A stretch of 34,043 nt of DNA from Nemertoderma westbladi. Its lineage: Eukaryota; Animalia; Xenacoelomorpha. The first letter of the stretch is position 1, and the number at the start of each line of letters is the position of its first letter. Below are positions 20,920 through 32,246 of the stretch, in pieces. A program made the translations under genes and the position numbers. The notes under the pieces are model-generated. The model saw only the letters and a list, made by a program, of their open reading frames with translations, had not been told where the DNA came from and made no database searches. The stretch covers positions 1 to 34,043 of the forward strand of contig JAUCBJ010005283.1 of assembly GCA_032718475.1 (NCBI GenBank), in the 5' to 3' direction.

Positions 20920-22724
20920 ATCTCCATTAACAAGGTTGAGAAAGCTAAGGATGATCTTAAATTGGCCTACAACATCAGCCAGGAAAAGTACATACAGGAT
21001 AAAATTGAAGCAATTACAACTGCTCACATACAGCAACAATCAAGACTTACCTGGCAAACTGTAAATTAGGTATCTGGTCGGAAAAGTTGTGCAAAGGGGC
21101 GCCTAAAAGCCGATAGTCCTGAAGAACGTGTTGGGAAGTGGAAAAATCACTTCAGCAACTTGCTTGGGCAGCCACCAAACATCGAGGTCATCCCTACAAG
21201 GAAAATATATGACAAGACACTACCTATAGAAACAGGGGACTTCACACCTTCCGAACACCAAAGAAGCATTAAAAGCATGTCCAATAATAAAGCGAGTGGA
21301 TTAGACGATTTCCCAGCGGAGGTATGGAAAACCAGAGTGCTAAACAGACCATTATTTAATGTTTGCAACCGGATGTTAAAAGGGGAAAAGCCACCACCAA
21401 TTTGTACTAAAGGTCAACTAAAGCCTCTCCCCAAGAAAGGAGACCTCGGCATACCAACAAACTATCGTGGGATCTGTCTGCTTGTGGTAGCTGCCAAAAT
21501 ATACAATAAAATGATTCTTTAAGAAACTACTGCGTAAGAGCCAAAACGGATTTCGACCAAGTAGATCAACAATAGCTCAGATACTTGCACTACGGAGACT
21601 GATTGAAGGAATGAAGGGGGGGGGGGGGGGGGGGTATACCCCCCTTCAGGTAAAATTTTCAAATTATTGTTTCTTTATTTCACGTAGAGCAGAATTTAAT
21701 GAGGATTACAAATCTGAAAACCGCTTAGTGAGACCTCTTTCAGTTCTCGAGTTATCAGTGTTTTTAGCGCAGTTACTCTCACCAGATGGTGAAACTGAGT
21801 TTTTCTCAATCCTGGCTGGCGTACTGCAAGGTGACACATTAGCACCATTGCTATTTGTAATTGTGCTGGATTATGCAATGAGGACGGCCACAAATGGTGA
21901 AGATCTGGGATTCACACTTCAAGAACGCAGAAGTAGTAGATATCCGGCAACTACAGTCACATACACCGACTTTGCGGATGACATCGCCCTGCACTCTAAT
22001 ACACTAGCAGATGCACAGCTTCTACTAAATAAAGTGGAGAGGGCTGCTAAGGAGGTTGGATTGCATATAAATGCTACAAAGACCGAATTCATGACCTTTA
22101 ATGTTGATGGAAACTTGACAACCATTGATAATAATCAACTAAGGAAGGTCGATGACTTCCAGTACCTTGGATCATGGATAGAGAGTAGCAAAAAGGACAT
22201 AGAAGTTAGGAAAGCAAAGGCTTGAGTAGCTCTATCAAAAATGGATACCATCTGGAAATCAGATCTCTCCAGGCACCTGAAGACTAAGTTCTTTCGAGCC
22301 ACAGTGGAAAGTGTATTTTTATATGGGGGGAGACCTGGACACTGACTAAATCACTTGAACACCGAATTGATGGTTGCTACACTAGACTACTAAGGGAAGC
22401 CCTAAACATCAGCTGGAGACAACACATGACAAACGCCGAGCTTTATGGTACAATACCACCTGTATCAACCACCCCCCGTGAACGCAGATTAAGATCCAGT
22501 GGGCACTGCTGGCGAAGTAAAGACGAGGTCATACCAGATCTACTTATCTGGCAACCAACTCATGGAAAGCGTAGTCGTGGACGACCTGCCATAACATATA
22601 TAGATCAACTTGAAAGGGATACTGAACGTGGGAGAAACGAAATTGCGACAACTATGGAGAATCGGGAAGTCTGGAAGGATCTCATTTCCACTGTACGAGT
22701 TCGCTCGACCTAGTAGTAGTAGTG
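20920..22724 (+). mobile_element. Degenerate 5'-truncated RTE-clade LINE, family B
   Basis: KWKNHFSNLLG, KASGLDDFPAEVWK, PLPKKGDL, NYRGICL, SQNGFRP, GVLQGDTLAPLLF, DFADDIAL, FQYLGSWI, RRLRSSGHCWR, RGRPAITY. The ORF stop is the first TAG of the (TAG)n tail at 22711. Multiple stops and frameshifts. Same clade as family A but a distinct sequence. Confidence 0.93.
21616..21767. other. Foreign ~150-bp segment replacing the FxDFxKAFD region of the family B RT
   Basis: RT homology stops at LRRLIEGMK and resumes at AQLLSPDGET. The intervening DNA starts with G19-TATA-C6 and has no RT similarity. Confidence 0.75.
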
Positions 22725-23762
22725 TAGTAGCATTATGCTGTTAGGCATCAATGCCTTATCATTATTACATTACCTGATTACGTCCGTACCTGTATTTATT
22801 TGAATAGTTATTATCACCTCTACCCGGGCTGGCAGCCACGGCGCCGCGGGGGCCTAATCTTTGGTCTGGACATAGTACTATATCTGAATCTGTATGCAGG
22901 CTGTAACAGAACAGTTTTAGTTGGATAGTGCTGTGTGTATAGACTGATAGATGCCGCTCGCGCGCTCGGTCTACAGTGACACTTACTTAGTTCGACTCGT
23001 CAGGGCTCTTCTACAGAACAGATGACACAAGGGCCTTCCACTAACATTTGTACATTTCGACGGGCGGTATATTTAGTAACTAACAGCGGCCATCTTTATC
23101 AAAAATGCTGTGCATGTTCAACGATTCACCCGGAATCTGTACCGACTTCAGTGTGCTAACTGCCTCAAACTCCTCGAAAACCGCCAGTAAAAAGATTAAT
23201 ACCGTCCATCGTCCATCGAAATTGACGAAGGAGAGTAAAATTAGTTATTTATTTGTTGTAGAGAAGAAGCTACTGCTGGACTTGGGGGGTCGGTTATTCT
23301 TTAAGAACCATCACGATAGTGTTATTCTCCTGCCTAAACCCTCCTGCCTCCTGACTCATATCGGAATCCCCCGAGGACATATCGGCCGTTTCGGAAGATC
23401 TCAAGTAAGACAATGCGTGATCGTAGTGTTCGCTTCTTAGATTTAATAGACAAAGTTTATTAATACATAATAGATATGCTGAGATAAATTACCGGTACTG
23501 TACTGCTGTAATATTACGACTTCAATATAATGAGGAACTGATATTTTTAGGGGAATTTTTATGAACTACAACTCGTTAAAAATCATTCGTGGTAACGAAA
23601 CTATCATTTTTTATGTGTTTTTATAGTGGGACGAAAAATACAAGTAGCATAAAATTTCAAACGGCAAAAATCGAATATGGTTTGATAATATGTTATTGTT
23701 GAGTTTTGATGAATTTTTATTGCGTCCAGTCCCCCCCCCCCCTCCCCCCTCCTATCTGTGAG

Positions 23763-24030
23763 TGTCATATTCGTGATCAGCATCATGTCATAAAATTAGA
23801 TTGATTTGGTAATGATTTTGATTATCAAATTAGTGTTACTTGTATTTTTCGTGCCGCACATTGACATTGACACGTATCCAAAAATAGCCTTATTCAACAA
23901 GGTAGGATATTTTTCAGTATCATATTCGTGATTAACATCCCGAAAAACCTATGGTCATAAAATCAATTTCTTTTTGTGGTGATTTTTTATTATTATATTT
24001 CCACTACTTGTTTTTTTCGTGCTCCACGGG
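23763..24030. repeat. Imperfect two-copy direct repeat (~155-165 bp period), probably transposon-internal
   Basis: CATATTCGTGAT(C/T)A(G/A)CATC, GTCATAAAAT, GGT(A/G)AT..TTT, TACTTGT(A/T)TTTTTCGTGC each occur twice in the same order. Confidence 0.7.
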
Positions 24031-24703
24031 GCACAATAACTGACTAATAACTAATATAAATAACAACATGCCTATGTTGTTATATTACACAACTATTCGA
24101 TATGTTTGATGTAGAGGAGTAACCCTTACTAATGAAATCAGCACATTCTAAAACCTCAGTAGCCAAACTGTAAGGCAAATTTACCACTTTTTGAAAAAAG
24201 TTCTACTTGCATTTTTGGTGCTCTAGTATCTATTAAAAAAAAATAAAAATTTTGCTTCTAATCTTGCTTTCGATTACTAATAATGAATTCAACAAAACAA
24301 AAAAGCATAGTATGGTTTAATGGTTATAGCAAAGTCTTTGAAGGGTGATGTATTTTGTGTAATTTTATCAATTCCGCAAGGTGTTGACATATGGTACGGG
24401 TGCCAAGAACTCATCATATCTCGAAAACTTTTGGAGCTATTCAATTTTTATTTGTCTCATCTGAAAGAGGACATAATTTTAGTTAGGGACAAGAACTTTC
24501 GGCGCGCTAGACATATTGTTTCAGGCGTTCTATCTAAGAGAAATAACTGGCCCACTAAATTTAGGGGCTTTGCAGCAGCAGCAGCTTTGCCATAATAAAA
24601 GCATCATTTTTCTAATGCCTGTCCTTGCATCAATTATTTGATAGCTACAGTACATCTCCCTCTGACCACAAAATATGGCTATTACAGTATTATATTCAAC
24701 ATT

Positions 24704-25933
24704 TTATACTTTAACATAAAATTTGATGTAATGAAAGTAATACGCGATAAAGAGCCACAATGTTGTACCAAACGTATTCACAGCAAGCCTATCGCCATGG
24801 GTAACGGAAGTTACCCAATCAAATGGGAATACAAATTGAAACAGTATGTGGCCCACATAGAGCAAGAAAGAGTTCCTCCCAACGAAAGAGAAAGGTGTTC
24901 CGGCCCACACATTACATACGTCGACCAGAACGTACAGGACAGAGAACACCAATAACGATATGGATGACGTAGCGAATGCGAATGACAGCGACCAAAGGTT
25001 CTTGTTGAGGGGAATCTTTCCAGAATTGGTAGAAGCACCGCATAGAATTAAAGAGAACGAAGCTAAAATAATTCCCCAGAGAATCCATCGAACCACTCGT
25101 GATTTCCATGTTGGGTAGATGTTGATGATACGGCCGGCGTGGAGTCCAAAGAAGGCGACAACGATGGTGGTGAGACATCCGAGAATCCCCTCCGGGTCGT
25201 TCGGGGTTGTTATGGCGTATATATCGGGTGCGGGATTGGCGTATAAGTGTTCCTGCGTCAGAATCGCGCGGTCTGTGTAGCTTGCCGCACCGCCTGTGCA
25301 GTTGGGGTAGCGACCTTGATCGGATAATCCCCCAGGACCGAGATAGCCAATGGGACAGCCCGGAACCGGTAACAGAAAGGTGATCGAAGTGTGGGCCACC
25401 AATAGGAGAAGGGTTATCACCCATTGTGGCCAGTAGTAGAGGACATCTCTTAGCGGGTCTATCAATCTATTATTGGTCAACTGAGTTTCCTCGACTCTTT
25501 GGTTACACCACCACCGGGGACATATAAATAAAACGATCGCACCGAGGAACAAGTAGGTTACAGCGAGACGTTGAAGTACTCCAGGGATCCTCAAACGACT
25601 GAGATTAGTTCCCCACTCTCCATTCCGTGGCATTCCTACAAAGGCGTTTAATACCACTCCTGTGCAGAACAGGATGGCTGTTCTGCACCCCACTGCGGTG
25701 CACAGAGGTAGTATAGGCCGATGGTGGGCTCCTCGGAAGGTGAAAGCCATGCTCGCACCCATAATGAACACGAAACATGGGGATACAATGTCGGCCAATG
25801 AGAGGCCGTTCCACGGAGACAGTTTAAACTGGTAGTAACCTCCGGCTCCGAGGTTGATGAATATCATCAATGTTGTCGCGATACCGCGGAATGTGTCCAG
25901 ACTTATTACCCGTAGATGATTCCGCACCTTACT
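24704..25933 (-). CDS. HGSNAT: Heparan-alpha-glucosaminide N-acetyltransferase homologue, exon 2 (multi-pass TM catalytic domain)
   Basis: SLDTFRG, MIFINLGAGGY, WNGLSLADIVSPCFVFIMG, LRIPGVLQRLA, VPGCPIGYLGPGG, NCTGGAA, DPEGILG, IPLNKNLWSLSF, GRNSFLLYVGH. Phase-0 acceptor TTGTTTGATCAG|AGT at 25933 (alternative AAG|TTG at 25945). Confidence 0.93.
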   Translation of the reverse strand, partial: SKVRNHLRVISLDTFRGIATTLMIFINLGAGGYYQFKLSPWNGLSLADIVSPCFVFIMGASMAFTFRGAHHRPILPLCTAVGCRTAILFCTGVVLNAFVGMPRNGEWGTNLSRLRIPGVLQRLAVTYLFLGAIVLFICPRWWCNQRVEETQLTNNRLIDPLRDVLYYWPQWVITLLLLVAHTSITFLLPVPGCPIGYLGPGGLSDQGRYPNCTGGAASYTDRAILTQEHLYANPAPDIYAITTPNDPEGILGCLTTIVVAFFGLHAGRIINIYPTWKSRVVRWILWGIILASFSLILCGASTNSGKIPLNKNLWSLSFAFATSSISLLVFSVLYVLVDVCNVWAGTPFSFVGRNSFLLYVGHILFQFVFPFDWVTSVTHGDRLAVNTFGTTLWLFIAYYFHYIKFYVKV

Positions 25934-26442
25934 CTGATCAAACAACTTGAATAAACCTAATTCTTATTTAGATTTTCTATGGCAGATTATGAAAATACAT
26001 TCAATAATTCAAACTATTTTATGATTATGAATAAAAATTATTTTTCATATTGTAATTTAAAATTCCTTAATTTTTTAAGAACATATTGGTCGATTAGATG
26101 AGAATAAGCAGTATAAGCCGTATTATTTGGCAAGATTTTATTATGGAGTTAAATGACTTCAAGTTTTCTTTCTACTGAAACCCAAAGGTGTGTTAGTAAT
26201 AATTACTTATATATTTACATTTTGCCATCACGCTGCACGCACATACTAGAATGGGTGTAAAAGCGAAATTGTACAAGTTGATACCAATACTTAAAAGTAG
26301 CGAAATGACATGGAGGATGCTCCAATATGATCATTCTGATAGTCTATTAAATGCAGAATATATATTTTACCCCAACTTGAGATGTTGATTTCTTAAAAAA
26401 ATACTTTAAAAAGACCCTAATAGATTTTTCAAGTTGTCTGAC

Positions 26443-27174
26443 CTGATTTGGAATATCCGGAGGACAAAACATCGATTCGTCGTATTCAGAAAATCTACTA
26501 GGATTTCCGAAACTGATACCAACAGATTGTCCAGAGCTGTTGGATTCTCCCAACTCTAAAGTGACCTTCACCTCATCGGAACGGCAACACAATCTCTTAG
26601 CGATGGGATATTTAAACCAATAAACAGACAGGGCGTAACTCATCCATAGCAACGCTACAACAGCGGACGCAACCCCTAACGCAACGTAAGGGTTGCTAGG
26701 CACCTGGCCAATAAAAAATTTACATCTGTAGCTTAATGTCCCGTTCTCATGGATACCATTCAACGATATTTCTAGTTCATAGACCCCGAGTTGATGAACT
26801 ATTTCCTTGAGAGATGGGCACAGTGGATTGTTTGTAGAGCGATTCACAACCGTTATTAGGACTGTGTAGTAACTGAAGTGAACCAGTATCGTAGAGAAGT
26901 TATCCTGTCTAAGCGATGCTACTAAAGTCTGTTTGCATTCATGACATTCAACGTACGACATGTATACATGTATATCAACCTTGACTGTAGATGTTACATT
27001 GATGAGAGCTTGATTCATTATAAGATCATCCCGAGAAAGATTAGCTTGCGATCTTCCCTTTTGTACAGGTGTCACATCATTTGAAGACATTTTAGTTACA
27101 TTTTCTTCCCTCGCCATCACAAGTAAGGGAAATAGTAACATCAATTGCAAAATTATTACTGTTGTCCTGTTCAT
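26443..27174 (-). CDS. HGSNAT: HGSNAT homologue, exon 1 (signal peptide, lumenal domain, TM1)
   Basis: Hydrophobic signal peptide MNRTTVIILQLMLLFPLLVMA, MNQALINV, ECHEC, LGVYEL, several N-x-S/T sequons, TM PYVALGVASAVVALLWMSYAL. Phase-0 donor CAG|GTCAGA at 26443. Spliced product is ~653 aa. Confidence 0.85.
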
Positions 27175-28844
27175 AATTTTTGCAAATAATTTGACTTCCC
27201 TAAACTAGACCATTTAAAGTTAGATGAAGTACACTGAGTTTTTACAAAACTACTTTAACTTAAGATTACTACCGGTACTACTTACTGTACAGTAGTAGCC
27301 TACTGTTTGTACCTGTAATAAAATTAACAATTATCACAGTTCAAAGTGCACTTATTCGGTGATACGATACCTGAATATTTTGGATACAGTTTGAGATTAA
27401 TGTTGGGTAGGATATAGGTACAAAGGTACACTAACTTATGCAACCGCTATTTACAAAAAGAACTATCATGCATTTAGCCTTACTTGTAGACCTAATTGAT
27501 ATTCCATTTTTACCCATATGAATTCAATCAATTTAAACTGTATATTAGTACAGTATATTAAAGGTTATCTTTATTGTAAAGGATATATTTTCAAATAATG
27601 TAGGCCCTTCTTGTATGATGTTTTTGATCCCGCTGCCTTTATTCCTATTCGAACTTTATCTTACTCCCTCCAGTCCATTGAACATAATATATTACAGTGC
27701 TATATTTTAATCTCCTTCCTGGACAGATAGAAGGTTATTGCCTCTACTTTGGTCGAATCAATTTTGTTCGTTTGAATTATGGAAAGAAACAGGCTACATG
27801 ACATGCTATTCTAACCAAAACAATAAACTAAAAAGCATGAATAGCAGAGGGTATATAGTACTATAGGTCAGAAAGGTTTCTATTATTTTGTATACCACGG
27901 AAGACGGAGACTCAGTAGATGAATTTGAAATTTACAATAAGTTTTCCTACTGGAGTTCTTACAGTATAACACACCCAAGGTTCCAAATTAAATTTCTTGA
28001 TATAGCAACTATTGTGTACAGAAAGCAGATGATGACGATGGGAAGATAATATGAATATTATTGTTTACAAATATATTTAGTATTAGGTGTTTGTTTACAG
28101 GAGGAAAAAATTATATGTTGGCAGAACCTTCTATCAAACCGTCTTTCCTTTCCCTTGTATGACTTCGTGACTCTTGATTTTAATTAACATCTTTCTATCA
28201 TCGACATCGGAAATAAAGCGTATTTGTTTTCCATGTACTGTACGGTAATGTACATATATTTATTTAGTTATTTCCAGTGCTCTAATTACTTTCACTTTCA
28301 CCCATTCCACAGCCGACTTACTGACAAGGATTCTGGCATTTACTGATTTACTGTATGTAACCAATGATGGTAACACCTTATTTTGAGAACCTTATTTATA
28401 TATTGTACCGTATACAACATATGATAATGAATTATTTACCTACACTTTCAATCGACTCTCAATATGTCTTATTGCAGTATTGATCTTACCCGGAATGATC
28501 GCTGCGCCACAGCTATAGGCTGACATGGTAACACAAACAGTCAGCGAGAGGAAAGGTAAACAGCATAAAGCGTACTGTACTTCTGTAACTTTATTCAACC
28601 TACAATAAATAGGCCTAGTTACCGTATGCCGTAATGCCTAAGTTTGTACTGCTGTAAGTGATATAACATATCTTTATTACAACTGTATCTGTATTACCTA
28701 CTACCGTATCTTTATTCGGCTGTTCGGTTATTAGTACAACCAACCACAACTTAATATACTGTATTACCTGTACCGGTACCGGTACTGTATTATTTAGAGT
28801 TCAAATATAAAAATGTGGTTATCGTTCATATGCGTACCTCTGGC

Positions 28845-28985
28845 AAAAGAAGCAGGTTACAGTGGTGGTGTTTTCTAACCAAAACAATGAACTAATCTCC
28901 ATTACCAGATTACTTAATTAACGGAAAGGAGCAGGTTACAGTGGTGGGCTTTTCTAACCAAAACAATAAACAATATCTCAATAAC
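28845..28985. repeat. Tandem duplication (79-bp period) of a ~50-60 bp motif; third diverged copy at ~27779-27828
   Basis: AGCAGGTTACAGTGGTGG..TTTTCTAACCAAAACAAT at 28851 and 28930. GGAAAGAAACAGGCTACA...TTCTAACCAAAACAATAAAC at 27781-27828. Confidence 0.85.
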
Positions 28986-29145
28986 ATAGGGTATTTCATA
29001 CTTATAGTCTTATTTTTGCAATACGAAAATACCAGAGGTACGCATATGAACTATAACTAAAAATGTGATTGCTGGATTGGAGGAATATTTCATCTATAAC
29101 TAACTGTATAATGTGAACATAACCCAGTAACCAAGTATAATAATA

Positions 29146-30849
29146 ATGCACGACGCCTATAGAGCAGTGCCTATTCTCGATAATCTGCCCCTCCATATCG
29201 AATCAATAAGTTGTTTCAATGGAACGTTATTGGTGGGAACTCGTCAGGGCCATTTACTGGTATACGAAGTGCGGACTGGACACGGAGGGGTACCGGTAAT
29301 CGTTAAACTAAAAAAATCGATAAAAACAATGTTCTCGAAGAAACCTTTAGTGCAAGTAGAGGCGGTACCTGAGTTTGATATAGTTGTTTGTTTGGCGGAT
29401 AACTTGGTTACAGTTCACGACCTGCAGACGTTACAAACACTGCCGACGTTACAGAGAACCAGAGGGGCTTCGTTGTTCGCATTAACGATAAACCGGACTA
29501 CTTCAGTTTCAGGAGAGGTCACGGAAGTCCTCCAACTCTGCGTCTGCATCCGTCGGAAACTGCAGATGTTTTACTGGAAGAACCGAGAGTTTCTCGAGAT
29601 GGACAGCGAAATGAGTTTACCGGACACCCCACGCGCGATGGCCTGGTGCCACGAGTCGTTGGTGATGGGGTTCCGCAGAGATTATTATCTGATGCGACGG
29701 GACGGAACCACCGAGGAACTATTCCCGACGGGCCGACAACCTGAACCGATAATAACCGCGATGGGAGCGGACCGCTTGATTCTCGCCAAAGATAATCTGA
29801 GTATCTTCGTAGATAAAGACGGACAACCGACGCAGAAGTACGCGTCTACGTGGGCCGACGTGCCGACGGGAATGGCCTACTCTCCGCCTTACATTATCGG
29901 CCTTATAGGTCGAGGAGTTGAGATACTAACGGTGGAACCCAAAGCCTCCATACAGGAAATATCCCTCCCTAAACCCAAACTGATTAGCAGTAAAGACGGT
30001 TTGATTTACGTGGCGTCGACAACCTGCGTGTGGCGACTAGTTGCCATCCCGATTACAACTCAAATTAAATCCTTACTTGCCCAGGAAAGACCCCAATTCG
30101 AGTTGGCCTTATCATTGGCCAACCTAACAGACGAAACTGAGGACGATAGACTACAAAGAGTTCACGACATTGAATCTCTATTCGCCTTCCAGCTCTTCCA
30201 AGAAGGTAAATACGAAGAGAGTTTGCGTCTCTACAGTAAACTCAACGCCGAACCCACAGCCGTTATCGGGTTGTTTACGGATCTCCTACCTAGCGAGTAT
30301 CGCACCCGTTTAGTATATCCTTCTCCCCCTAAACCTATACAATCCTCCAACATTGAGCGCGCCTATCTCTCCCTAATGGACTTCCTAACAACGAAACGCA
30401 ACTACCTCATACAGAACAAGGATTCTATAGAGGCCACAACTCACAAGAAGTTGTTCCAGATTGTCGACACAACGTTATTAAAATGTTATTTACAGACGAA
30501 CGAGGCCTTGGTGGCGCCGTTATTGCGTCTTAAAGATAACCACTGCCATATAGAGGAGTCAGAAAGAATACTAACCAGTAGGAATAAATACAGCGAGTTG
30601 ATAATTCTTTACCAGAAGAAAGGTTTACATAAGAAAGCGTTGGAGTTGCTGTTGAGACACAGCCAGCGGGCTAGTAGCCCCTTACGGGGTCACGAGATGA
30701 CAATTCGGTATCTACAGCATTTAGGGCCCCAACACATTCAACTGATTTTCGATTTCTCCGTCTGGGTATTGAATGCCCACCCTGAGGACGCCTTAAAGAT
30801 ATTTACAGACACAGAGATAGCAGAAGTTTCCAGCCTCCCTAGAGATCAG
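29146..30849 (+). CDS. VPS39: Vam6/Vps39 HOPS subunit, exon 1 (CNH domain + start of alpha-solenoid)
   Basis: MHDAY start, LLVGTRQGHLLVY, KKPLVQVE, RKLQMFYWKNREF, LFPTGRQPEP, QIVDTTLLKCYLQTNEALVAPLLRL, YSELIILYQKKGLHKKALELL. Phase-0 donor CAG|GTAAGC at 30849. Confidence 0.96.
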
Positions 30850-30874
30850 GTAAGCAAGCAATGAAAGGTCCGAC

Positions 30875-30965
30875 ATTGTCGTACGGTAGTGGTTTAATCT
30901 GTTGCCTTGAATTCGCATCTTTGGGTCCAGAGGTCGTGGGTTCGATCCCCGCAACGGGGCCATGG
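30875..30965 (+). mobile_element. tRNA-derived SINE-like head inside the VPS39 intron
   Basis: A-box-like TGGTTTAATCTG (30890-30901) and B-box GGTTCGATCCC (30939-30949). No complete cloverleaf could be folded. Confidence 0.6.
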
Positions 30966-31050
30966 AAAGTTTTTATATCATTAAATAATGCTTTAACGGC
31001 TTTTTTAAATCTTAAATGATTTCTAAATGAACACCATTTTCGATTATATT

Positions 31051-31175
31051 GAAAAATATCGAGAATAAAATATCGTTTGTAAAAATATCGAGAGAAAAAA
31101 TATCGAGAGTAAAAATATCGAGAGTAAAAATATCGAGAGTAAAAATAATATCTAGAGTAAAATTACCGAGATTAA
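31051..31175. repeat. 15-bp tandem repeat (AAAAATATCGAGAGT), ~8 copies, intronic
   Basis: Directly visible repeats. A hairpin AGCTAGTGTTTTTTCAAAAAAACTAGCT follows at ~31192-31219. Confidence 0.9.
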
Positions 31176-31358
31176 AATACATTTTTATTGTAGCTAGTGT
31201 TTTTTCAAAAAAACTAGCTATTTATTTTTTTAAATAAGAGATTCTTTATTGTAGTTTCTATGGAACTAGCTAGTGTTTCATTCCAATTTTTTCAGTCCTC
31301 GGATTTTATACGTAATCCCTAACGAACTAAAGTAACGGAGTAAAAATTTCCTTTTCAG

Positions 31359-32246
31359 GTACTTTTCTTCTTGGAAAAAAGCGCGGAGGAATTAGCTATT
31401 CCGTATCTCAAACACATAGTTTGGGTTTGCAACGAGACGGGGGCCGCATTCCACAACCGTCTGGTACATCTGTACCGTCTGCGAATACAAAGTCTCACGC
31501 AGGACTATCTGAGTTCCCTGCCGGAGGGCCAGTTACCGGCGGCAGCGGGGCGGGAAACCGGCGAACTCGGACAACTCCGACGGGAGTTACTCGTATTCCT
31601 CGAGTCCTCGACCCACTACGAACCCCAACGGCTACTCACGCACTTCCCGTTCGATTCGTTCCTAGAGGAGCGAGCCTTGTTGTTGGGTCGACTTGGTCGT
31701 CACGACCAGGCTCTCGCTATCTACACTCACCTCCTGAAGGATACCGAGAGAGCCAACCAGTACTGCGAACGCACCTACAACCAAGGAGGCAAGGAGGTTT
31801 ACGCCTCTTTACTAAAGATGTACTTACAGCCTCCAGACCCGGCCTCACTAGGCGTCCATATTGGTTCCGCCTCTTCCCGCATCCAACCCAACCTCTCTTC
31901 CGCCTTCGATGTTCTCCGCGACCACTGGCACCGTATCGATTCCTGCAGAGCCCTGGCTCTCCTTCCCTCCAACACTCCACTCGCAGATCTCGAGGAATTT
32001 CTCACGAACGTTATCGAGGAACGCAGCGTGGAACTGCGTAAGAACGGGGTTCTATGTTCTCTGTTAAAAGGTGCTAATCTACGTGCTAAAGGACACAAAG
32101 TGGAACTCGAATCGATTAAGTTTGTAGTCGATGAGGATTCCATATGTTTTATATGTAAGAAACGCATCGGCATTTCGGCTTTCTCTCGAGACCCACTAAC
32201 TAAACATTTAACTCATTATTTTTGTATGAACGATGAAAACCCGTAA
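31359..32246 (+). CDS. VPS39: Vam6/Vps39, exon 2 (clathrin repeat + C-terminal zinc finger)
   Basis: Acceptor TTTCCTTTTCAG|GTA at 31359, in frame. LAIPYLKHIV, FHNRLV, EERALLLGRLGRHDQALAIY, VYASLLKMYL, CFICKKRIG...HYFC. Spliced product is 863 aa. Confidence 0.96.
   Translation, partial: VLFFLEKSAEELAIPYLKHIVWVCNETGAAFHNRLVHLYRLRIQSLTQDYLSSLPEGQLPAAAGRETGELGQLRRELLVFLESSTHYEPQRLLTHFPFDSFLEERALLLGRLGRHDQALAIYTHLLKDTERANQYCERTYNQGGKEVYASLLKMYLQPPDPASLGVHIGSASSRIQPNLSSAFDVLRDHWHRIDSCRALALLPSNTPLADLEEFLTNVIEERSVELRKNGVLCSLLKGANLRAKGHKVELESIKFVVDEDSICFICKKRIGISAFSRDPLTKHLTHYFCMNDENP

Noticed and set aside
30875-30965. Functional tRNA gene
   Set aside because: A and B boxes are present but no acceptor stem or anticodon arm could be folded. 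Better explained as a SINE head.
25934-31358. Predicted HGSNAT (25934-26442) and VPS39 (30850-31358) introns are both 509 bp, phase 0, after a CAG codon
   Set aside because: No sequence similarity between them, and the HGSNAT acceptor is uncertain (25933 vs 25945). Treated as coincidence.
24320-32173. Short overlapping or antisense ORFs within HGSNAT and VPS39 (e.g. 24912-25424, 31421-32041, 31799-32173)
   Set aside because: Shadow frames of GC-richer coding exons with no recognisable motifs.
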